This document shows positions 27,351 to 41,477 of a DNA stretch of 64,000 nt, in pieces. Position 1 is the stretch's first letter; each line of letters begins with the position of its first letter. The translations under genes were made by a program, and so were the position numbers. Below the pieces are notes generated by a model that was given only the letters and a program-made list of their open reading frames with translations, did not search any database and was not told the DNA's origin. The DNA is from Azolla caroliniana (lineage: Eukaryota; Plantae; Polypodiophyta): positions 20,088,001 through 20,152,000 of the forward strand of contig JBHGNT010000004.1 of NCBI GenBank assembly GCA_043228905.1. Reading direction: 5' to 3'.

Positions 27351-28083
27351 TTGTTATCATTCCAAAAAACATTTATCTTTTTATGTAATATCTTATCATG
27401 TTTCACAAATTAACAATTTTCAGAAAATGTGTTGTGAATTTCTGTTATTTTATAGTGTTATAGTCTTTGATTTGGTACAATTTATTGTTTCGTGTTGGTT
27501 GGATTATGTCAAAACCAATTTGGTTTGGTTTGGTTTTGATGTTTGATACACTGGTTTGGTTTTGATTTTTGGTAAACCGGTTCGGTTTGGTTCTACATTT
27601 TACATAAACGGTTTGGTTTTAAATGGTTTGGTTTCTCATACCTATTAAACGGTTTGGTTTAAATGGTTTGGCTTAAATAGTTTGGTTTAAATGGCTTCAA
27701 ATTTTTTAAATGGTTTGGTTTGGTTTTTTTTATGAATAACCGGTTTGGTTTGGTTTGGTTTGGTTTCAAGGTCAAGAAACCGAACCGAACCGAAACCGAA
27801 CCGCGCCCATTGCTAGTAACAATGGAGGTAGAGTCGCAGCAAACTGCAAGCACGACAACGGCGGAGCCCAACCCACTAGCTCAAGAAGAGCCCATCGTAC
27901 CTGGACCGCCCACACACGGCGACTGGGACTCCGAGGGAAACCAGCCTGACCAGACAAGGGAGCCACACCACGATGCACCTACGAGCCCTACGTCACCGCC
28001 GGACGCGGACACCGCAGCAGAGCCAAACATCTGGGCCATTTTGGAAGAGGATTAACGGGATGGGTCCAACGTGCCAGGGCACT

Positions 28084-28100
28084 GTCCCACAGGCGTGCCA
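28084..28100 (+). other. tRNA-Arg 3'-end mimic (inverse PBS) at the PPT position of element B
   Basis: GTCCCAC-AGGCGTGCCA matches the tRNA 3' 18-mer GTCCCACCAGGCGTGCCA with one deletion. It ends 2 nt (GG) before the 3' LTR, with no purine tract there. Confidence 0.85.
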
Positions 28101-28541
28101 GGTATTGTCCGCCGGAATAGTAACAGACAGACAAAAGCGTAGGAATAAGAAATATTATAAGATCATAACGCATGTAACGGTTCACGCATGAAGCGTGAAC
28201 AGCTAAATAGACCCTGCGTATATAAAGGGCAAAAAACCTCTGATAGACAGGGCGTGTAATTTTGGGAATGTAAGAAACGTCTCATAATAGAATTCTATCT
28301 TCTCTGATTCTCTGTGTGTAGCTACGGCTAATCCAGTGTGTGTATCTTGAAGACCTAAGCGTGTAAGAATGTAAGTGTAACCTTTGCTAAGGATTCGGTT
28401 GTAGTCGTCTCCCTTATACGCTGATAGGTTACAGGGAACATTCCCCGACGCATTATGCTTAGACGCCTATTTGTTGTTCCACACCCATTTGGAGGTCTAG
28501 GTCGAAGGACTGACCGCGGACCGTGTTCCTAATCGGCAACA

Positions 28542-29390
28542 TACGTGGACTCAGTAGGGTCCCCTCACTCGAGGCAACTTAGGTAGTCAGCGACGACGTG
28601 TTGGACTCTGGGTTGATGTTGTATATGAAAATCAAACTCTTGTAACAGGAGCATCCATCGAGCCAGTCGACCTATCAGGGCTTGTTTATTGACCAGGTAA
28701 AGGAGGGCCGAGTGATCGACGTGAAATGTGAATTTTCGGCCTAAGAGGTAATGCCGAAATTTACTGATGTTGTAGATCATACCGAGGGCCTCTCGTTCGA
28801 TGGTTGAATAGTTCTTTTCCGCGGCCGAGAGACGTCGGCTAGCATAATACACTGGCCGATACCAATTTGGGGGCGTGCATTGCATAAGTGCGCTCCCGAT
28901 GGCGATATCTAATGCGTCCACGAAGACGTGAAAAGGTTCCGACCATATCGGGGGTTGTACAATTGGGGCATGTGAGAGCATTAATTTCAAAGCTTGGTAA
29001 GACTCGTCCTCGATTGAAGTCCATTGAAAGGGAAGTCGATGCACCGCCGCGTGTAGTGGTGTCGCAAAATCGGCTAGGTGGCGTATCATCCGGCTGTGCC
29101 ATCTGATTTGTCCCAGAAATCGGCTGAGGGCCTTTGCATTCGAGGGTGCGGGGGCGTTTAGGATGGCTTGTACTTTATCCAGGTCCATGGCAATACCTTC
29201 TTGACTAACGATGTGCCCGAGTAGGTTGCCACTTGTGACCAAGAACGCGCATTTTGCCGGGTTTAAACTTTACCGAGCCTGGCAACATCGACCAAGACAG
29301 AGACGTAACTGGGTCATGTGTTCCAGTCGCTGGCCATACACAGCGAAGTCGTCGAGAAAGACTTGCATGAACGTCGGGATGTACACTTTT
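28542..29390 (-). mobile_element. Gypsy pol fragment C, right part (RT C-terminus and RNase H)
   Basis: Minus strand YIPTFMQVFLDDFAVY...LLGHIVSQEG...FHVFVDALD...EREALGMIY...ADYLSCLE. Confidence 0.9.
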
Positions 29391-31170
29391 TGAAATCCTA
29401 ACCTTTTGATGGATCTTGGTGTTGTCCTCTTCGAGGTTACTATGGAATGGAAAGTTGTGCTGCAATGGTACATTATTGTATGATCGCCTAATAAGCCATT
29501 CAAATGTCAATACAATTGTTATAGGTTCAACAAAAAACCTTTATTATAACATTATGACATCATTAGAAAAAACGTCCTCATGATGCCCAACTTCTTTGTG
29601 GTACATGTAAACGATGCTTGATAATTAGTTTTCTTTATAAGAATAGACCTTTTTCCTTGTGAGTTGCGCTATTGTCAAGCATGACAACCATCAATTTCAA
29701 CTTCTCTAGGATATTCAAAGTGTACTTGTCTAGTATTAATCAATTAACTCCCTGATCAACTGAAAAACTTGAAAAGTTGAAAGTACAGAATAGTAGTAAA
29801 TTAGAATATGGATCTATCATTTGTATTCTTTCGCATGCCCCACCATCATTCAATAGACCAAACAACATAATCACATTTATATCCCATTCATAACAGATGG
29901 ATTATATAGACATTATTTGTAAGAAATGCATGAGACCTAAAATAAACTTAAGAGTGAATCGATGAATTAAAGCTCAGAAAAACCCCCATCTTATTATCAA
30001 TTTGTCAAAGAATATATGAATTAATTAATATTATTTATTGTGTTAGAAATCAATCAAGGAAGAAACAATAACATTGATTTAGTTTCTTAGATGGGCACAC
30101 ACGTTCTTTTTGTTGCAATACTTGCAACAATTAAAATATTTGTCCCTAACAATCCAATTCACATTCCTTTCCACAAAAAGAAGACACTTTATATAAAAGT
30201 CCAACCATATCAAGTGCAACGCTTATCTTAAAAATAACAAGAAAGTCATTCCAATTAGAAATTTCGCACTGTTGGTTAACTTTTTATGAAAAAAATAGCA
30301 ACTACAATCAAATAAATTTAAACATTGATTCAAATGTCTAGGAGTTTCAACGGAGTGCTTCATTGAGAGCAAATACCTTTATCACATTTATGGATACTCA
30401 TATATGCATGCTTTATCATGACATTGATTTGGATTGACTTTTAAAGTTCAACATTATCACTTTCACTCCCAATGTTGAAAAAATGTCAATTGCAATGTGT
30501 GAAACCATTCCTTTATGTGCAAAAGTTAGTGTACATTTCTCAAGTTAAAATGGCAAAGAGTTCTTACAATGAGTACAACGTCAAGCCATTGTTGGGGACA
30601 TGAACCCACATGCTTAATGTTGTACCACCATATTGCCATGATTGTATGTTGCAATTTAAGAATTTTAATAGGGTAGTCGCATGGATATATAAGTAATAAT
30701 GAGTGGTTCATCTAATGTATCCATAATTTATGGGGCCAGTGAAAAAGAGAAAGAGAACACTCTCGCTCACATATCATGATCAACATACAATACACAAAGC
30801 TTCACTTCTGGAGACAACAATAGATATGTATATGCAAAATAATTGGGGGCGTGTTACAGGAACTCCTCTCTAAGCAAATCAGCGTCATCGCAAACAAGCC
30901 AAACGAGGTTGGGAGGCAACAAAGGAGGGCAATGTCAAACAACGAGTTTCGGGATGGTGGTATGAGACCAACAAAGAGCCAACCACCCATGGTGTGAAGA
31001 ATCCGTTAGCTTTGGTGACAGATTGGCTTTACATGAGGAATCTGGAGGCGGATGAGACAAGCAATAAAAGAAGAAGAGGGGGGTGAGGGGTTATCATGGA
31101 GAGTATCTTGTCTTGGTTAGTTAAAATAAGTGAGCTTTCAAAAGGTTTCAGGGTTTGGACAAAATTCCCC

Positions 31171-31176
<6 letters not shown>

Positions 31177-31230
<54 letters not shown>
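31177..31230. repeat. (CT)n microsatellite
   Basis: About 27 CT units. Confidence 0.95.
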
Positions 31231-31232
<2 letters not shown>

Positions 31233-31599
31233 GAGAGACAATGCAACCGGGCATACTTCCAAGAGCCACAAACAAAGAGGTGGCTCTTTGACTAATTAGT
31301 AAACCCTTCCCTCGTGTATGCAACAATGATTTGAGCTTTGGGGCTAACACCTTCATGTGGTCACAATTAGAGAGACCATTGGTTATGTTGTTATTATATA
31401 AAATCTGAAGCAAATCAACAATGTCGTAGGAAATATAGAGCAAAGTTAAATTTACCTCATATGTTGCTAGACGCACTTTTAAGTAATAGTTTTTATTAAT
31501 AGGATACAAGTCAATTGGCTTTCCACAAACAACCTATACGTCAGTTGGTTTTTCACAACAACTTTAATCTTTCATGAGAACTATAATAAAGTGATATGC

Positions 31600-32050
31600 T
31601 AAGAAATATGGCAAATTTATACTCGAACAAATGGATCAACCCACTAGAGACATTCTTATCTAATATGTTGTATTATAAGGAAAACTTCATGTATTTCTCT
31701 GAGCTTTGTTTTATTATATGACCAAAATGTCTAGATACGTTCTTACCAAATGGACTAAGGGTTGTCATTGGACAACTTAGAGTATCATCCCACTGACTTG
31801 AGATTGAAAATGGACACGCTAATGGACTTTCTATAGAGGAAAGGGTAAGTAGATCATGACACATGGAGATAGAGGATGAGTATCATTTTACATGCAAATG
31901 TCTAACTTACGTTGAGATACAGGGAAAATCCAAAGACGTACTTGGACCCTCTCCCAACTATTGGATACCTCGAATATAAAGACATTAGGTAGGTATATCT
32001 TAAAGTTAAAATGACGTAAAGAGAATAAACTACAAAATGTTAACAATAAC
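31600..32050 (+). mobile_element. Decayed 3' end of a non-L1 LINE (RTE-X/L2-like C-terminal zinc region)
   Basis: IGQLRVSSH*LEIENGHANG..EERVSRS*HMEIEDEYHFTCKC.TY matches the R.S.H.L.IE.G...ER.C..C..EDE.HF...C..Y pattern. Confidence 0.65.
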
Positions 32051-32387
32051 CTTTCTAATATTCACCAATACATCACCACTGATTTTTTTTTAGGGACAGG
32101 GGACATGAACACACCTGCAACACTCGGTGTCTCCCTCGTTGAAGCAGAAAACCAAAGAACAAACAAACACCCTCAAATACGAGGCTTCAAAGTTACTTGT
32201 CATCGTTCAATGGCAATTAAGAAGGTAAGGGAATGTGAGTTACCCTACCCTGCCTAGAAGCTATGGACGGAATACCATTTACATCGACGAGACAACGAGC
32301 CATACATACATGCACCATAACCCTTCGTCCCCCCCCCCCCTGCTCCTTTTGGAGAGAGTTAGATGGAAATGAAACTATAGTCTCAGG

Positions 32388-32679
32388 CCAAGGGTCGACA
32401 ACGGCCTGACTCAAGCTTGAGTTGAGTCGTTAAACGGTTTGGCGGTTCATAGCTAGTTTGAGCTTGGTTTGGGATAGTTCCCAAATTGAGCTCAAACCAG
32501 TTCCCAAGCTAGTTAAGTCTAATTGGTTTGGCCAAACCGGTTAAAGCATTAACAGGTTTAGGAGCCAGTTCGGTTCAAGTTTGAAAACTCCCAAACCGGT
32601 TAAGACTTAACCCGTTTGGTCTGGAGTCTGGACAATGCCAAACTAGTTAAGCTGAAACCAAACCGTTTGGCGATTCCTC
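32388..32679. mobile_element. Possible hAT-derived MITE in the PDI promoter
   Basis: AAACCG/CGGTTT-rich interior; imperfect inverted ends (AGGGTCGACAACGG / CCGTTTGGCGATTCCT); near-duplicated flanks GTCTCAGG/GTCTCAGC. Confidence 0.45.
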
Positions 32680-32916
32680 GTCTCAGCACATATAGCCCAT
32701 CACCTTTCCTTCTTTCTTTCTTTCATTCTTTCTCTTTATGGAGACATTTCTTTTATTTCGTCCTTATACCCTCCCTGCCCCCCACACAACATTTCCTTTT
32801 TTCGTCTTTTAAGGTTTTCCCATCTCCTCTTTCTTTCTCTCTTCTGTTCTGTCGGAAGAAGACTCGACGACGAGAAGAATCATAGAAATCAGTGTTTTCT
32901 CGCGTGGCCCTTTCTG

Positions 32917-36911
<3,995 letters not shown>

Positions 36912-39900
36912 AACGAGCAATTGTAAAACATTTCCTTAAGAAGGAAAGAAATGCGGAATGTTTACTATAGTGACATGTTTGGACACATTGGGCAATGAGT
37001 TTATAGTTGTTTTTTATTTGGAACTTCACTTTTTTGTTTTGGAACAACAAATTGCAAAATTAAAGCTAAATTTTCACTTATTAGTTTGGATATTTGTGCA
37101 TTTTCTGATCTATGACTAAGATTTACTAAGCTGTTTAAGGTGGACCTTTTTCTCTTTCTAAAACGAATGAGCAGAGTAGAATGGAAATTGAAAAAATATA
37201 TATATAAGAGTCCACATAATAAATGAGAAAGCAAGAATTATTTTAGGAGATTGCAAGGTGTCATAAGAAATTTTGGGAGCTCTGAATTTCAACTAGCTAG
37301 GTATCAAACATATTCAATACTGAAAATCTGATGGAATTCAGAACTTATTAGACAAAAGTTAGATGAGATATGCAATCTAGTGTTCTATTTTTGTGGGATT
37401 CTTATTGCTGAGAACCAAGATAACAAACTTACAAAAAAAGAAGAACCAAAGGTTCAGGGTTGCTAATCATGCTGATGGTAAAGGGAATAACTTGATTAAC
37501 CAAAATACTTGGAATACACTTTACATATCCCTGGCTTGCCTGAATTATCCCAATTTTAAATTTGATTGCTTATTTGGAACACACTTTACATACTTGTCTT
37601 CTAGTCCACTTAAAACGTTAAATATAACTAACAAACCAAGGTTAATGAACCTGATAGGAATGATAGATGTAACAAGAAAATTGACTTCACTGTTATGTGA
37701 GAGGATAATTCATCATTGCATGTCCACGCACCTACAACTAAGGTAGAAGTTTGCTCTAATCTAGGGCATGGCATTTCCAACCGTTGAGAATGCCACTTAA
37801 CAAATTATTGTTCTATAACAGTGCCCAAGTAATAGCCTATGTAAGCTCTATAACATGATCTTGTTGACCCAAATTTGAAGTGATGGTTCACATTACCCAT
37901 ATTTCCAATGAATGCTTGAAATTTCTTAATCAAACTATAAAATTCCTTTAGCATTCCGAATTTCAGATCTGAATCATATTCACTTGATATATGAATTACA
38001 TGCATATTATATATATATATATATTAGATACAAAGATAGATGAAACAGACATACAGATTGCCCATTTCTTGAACTTGACTGAACCAGTTGTTACTGATGA
38101 TAGAGAACTGGCAACTTTTTAGTAGAACGTAGCCAGACTTTTCTACACCTCTTCACTCAATAGCTTTTACTACTTGATACCCTCAAGTATGTGTGGTTTG
38201 ATTTTATCGGGGAGTTCCTTCTCATATTAAGCAATCTATGTCAAAAGGAATGAATGAAGAGGGAAGCGGCTGGAAAGAACCATATCTTCGCAATGTTGAA
38301 TTCCATCTCCTAGCACATTCTTTACTCATTCTATCATTGAAACAAGGGAAAACAACCGATAATGTAGATAGAGTAATTAGGGCAACGTCCGATGAGTATA
38401 TGAAAGCAACGAAGTTGCTTTGACTACTGAACCATGTGTGTTTGTTAAACAGTTTTATGCATAGTTGGAACTTGGTACTATAGCCTCAATCATGGCTACT
38501 AATAAAATCAGACTAAACACCAGGAACAAAAACAGATAGTTGGTATGAAGTAAATCGCCTGACGTTTCCAAATTAGTCCAACTTTATATTCTTTCCGCAT
38601 AAACCGTACATCAAGATTTGGACGTTTCAAATTAAATCATACTCTCAATTGCGTCATATATAAGATGTAATACCTGTGCACAATCATGATTTGTCCACAT
38701 TACTATCAAAAGAGAAACTGTTACTTGATAATGATTTTTCATTGAATAAAAAACATTCATGGGGATTTACTAAGAATGTGGAATTTCAATATGCTGGAAG
38801 TTGGTGAGAACTTGATTTTTAGAATATTGCAGAGAATGTTGGAAATCAAATTTTCCTCCAAATATTGCAATTTCAATAACTCTGATTTTGGCATACACAG
38901 ACAGACATTGCCAAGGAATTTTCCTACACAAAGGATAGAAGGTTGCATTGGACACAATTTTACAATGTCATTCATTGGTCTTTACAACTGTGTCTTTGCA
39001 ATTGTCATATTGAATCTTTATTAGTGTCATGTATGAGACTAAGAAAGAGTACTAATCTTGATTTCTAGCTTCCTCATTAAAGGCATGCGGCATACAATTT
39101 CCAACAAGATCAAGCAACTACCCAAATCTTACAAATTAAACCTTTTCACCATCATTTTACAACGGTACATGATGATATGGGTCTCTCCTATACATTATTT
39201 AAACTAGAATGCATTATTAAACTAGAAGCTTAAAGAAATAAATAAATAATTATCTAAAAATCAATAACTAGAATGCATCTTATAGCCTCAGATTTCACAA
39301 TTCTATGAGTAATAGCTTCAGACTTCCCAATTTTATACATGCTACAGAAAGAGATCCAGAAAGATTCCAAAAAGTTCCCTATATAATAATCAAGAAAATT
39401 TCTTGAGTTGAGCACGAAAACCATTTTTAAAGAATATGGAAAACATGAATCTTGTTTTCTAGCATATATCAACAGGGCACAACTGATAGTTTCCAATCCT
39501 TTCTTCTGCAGAATCTAGTATTATAAACAAGAGAAAAACTATGAAATATCTGGGTTTTTTAATTTCCTAAATGCCCCCAAAGTTCAGTATTTCAAAGATA
39601 TACTGGTGTGAGTATTTCAGAGTTTTCTCCAATAGCCTAAGACTTTTAGATTGGTCAGGAATTGATGACCATTTTTATACAATACAGGGAACATAAATTA
39701 CAATACATTTTCTGGCATGTATGAATCACAAGCTAATGGACAAGAAATAAGAAATCATTTGTGTCACAAATTCTTCCACATACTGCTGATGTAACAAGAA
39801 GTAGAAATATTTTGATACCATCTCTTGGATGTTGATGTAACAATGTACCTTTACTAATAATATATTAAGCCTATATTTTCCCTTTCTGAGTCAATTTCTA

Positions 39901-41477
39901 ACCCAAATAATGAGCAGACACATGAATGTAGACCATTTTAACATGCACCACCAAAATGATCCCAAATTTGTATGTATCCTCGTGGATATTGTCAAGTAGG
40001 ACTATAAGCATAAGTTTGGAACCCTCTTAATGAATGCACAAATACAATTAGTATCCTCAGAACTTTATAACTTGCACACAAAATTTGGGAATCTTCTGCA
40101 CACCTATCTGAGTACTATTTTCTGCTTGTCAACAGATTCCAAGCACTACTCTAGGACTTTGGGGCTAGAAAACTTGCAGTGTGAAAGAAAAACAATCTTT
40201 AAACAGAACACAAATGCAAATGATTATACAATGTTTGAAAATAGGTGCGAAGTAAAAGAAAAATACCAAAATAATTCACGGTTCATATAGTGTGGGACAA
40301 CACATACAAGTTCCATTTCCGATTAATCCAAAAAGGAGAATTGAAGTTTTACCAGGTTTTCTTGCACAAGTTCCATGCTAGCCAGCAGGGATCCAATTCC
40401 ATCAAAAAAATGTCATCATCCCTGTTACTTTTGACCACACCAAAAGGCTTAAAAATTAAAATTTTCAAAATACAAGAAATCAACTATTCTGACATTTGCC
40501 ATCCAGTTACTTCCGTATCCAAATTACCATTAATAGGTTAATGCCCATCATATCATAAATTTTGAACCACTTACTGAACAGTCTGAATTGTTCTTTATAT
40601 CCTACAAAAAGAGCATGAAAATATCAATGCCAATTATGTCATTTATCTTGAAAATAAAGTTTCACTTACAGAAACCCATCTGATTTCTTTTCTTATATCC
40701 TACAAAAATAGAAAACACTCAGTGAAGGCTGGTTTTCCAGGATTAGAACACACAAAAGAGCACAAAGATGCAAAACTTCATTGCTATAGAAAGCTTCTGT
40801 GTGTTCTCAAGCATAGGCTAGTGTGTATTTGATAATACCTGCTGCATTGCTGGATTGCAGCACTTGCTCGACTGCACTTACCACCAAATAACGGTAACAT
40901 CTACCTTCCACAGTTCCCCTCATGAGCACAGTGTGCTATGTTGTTAACATGGGGCTGTTACAGTTATGTGCACATGCAGCACACTCCACATCAGTATATA
41001 CGCAAGAATTATAACATTATTAATTGAATGCTTATATGCCGCATTAGAAAGATAAATGCATAATCATAAATGGGGAGAACATTTTTTCTGTCATAATATT
41101 TATCAGGTTGATACAATTGAAGGTCTGTGTCTTCACCATTCATTTAAATTACACTCCATATGTTTTAGTTCAAAAGCTATATATAGCTCCAAGACTACAT
41201 GGGTCTAGAAACCGACCGTGAAGTTATGAAGCAGTTCCTCAAGTCAGCTTGATACAGCAAATCCTCTCCAAATCTGGCTTAATTTTATCCAGAGTTTCTC
41301 GCCACGCAAAGTCACCTCTACAATAAATCCCCACTCAGGGTAACAGTAAGCAAAAGATGGAAGAGTGAAAGGAATGTTTAGCATTGGCTTATGGATATCA
41401 AACACTTTTGGATCAAGATTCAAAAGTTATGCATTAAATGAAGTAAAAGGCTGAGAGAGAAATGCTGGTATTTTTCT

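Larger units (their letters stand above)
22897..27815 (+). mobile_element. hAT DNA transposon (4919 bp)
   Basis: TIRs TAGCAATGGGC(A/G)CGGTT; perfect 8-bp TSD GTAACAAT (22889-22896, 27816-27823); dense subterminal AACCG/CGGTT/GGTTT repeats at both ends. Confidence 0.96.
20171..28055 (+). pseudogene. Extra ORF of element B downstream of pol (about 920-985 codons; Pro-rich linker, long coiled coil), split by the hAT
   Basis: ORFs at 20171, 21059, 21428 and 22613 share one frame and are separated by single stops. After removing hAT plus TSD (4927 bp) the 27824-28055 segment falls in the same frame. Confidence 0.8.
13434..28541 (+). mobile_element. Full-length Ty3/gypsy element B (non-chromovirus; gag-PR-RT-RH-INT plus 3' extra ORF)
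   Basis: 439-bp LTRs at 13434-13872 and 28103-28541 (about 23 mismatches by hand count). TSD TATGT/TACGT. RT QVFLDD, RNase H, integrase DFVGPF...SDQGSHF...WTGPY; no chromodomain seen. Confidence 0.95.

Noticed and set aside
29420-29430. TGTTGTCC as the start of the missing 3' LTR of element A
   Set aside because: The following sequence does not match the 4085-4575 LTR.
37000-41400. Additional gene between PDI and cyclin L1
   Set aside because: Only short AT-rich ORFs with no recognisable domain or consistent exon chain; possible UTR exons cannot be supported without transcripts.
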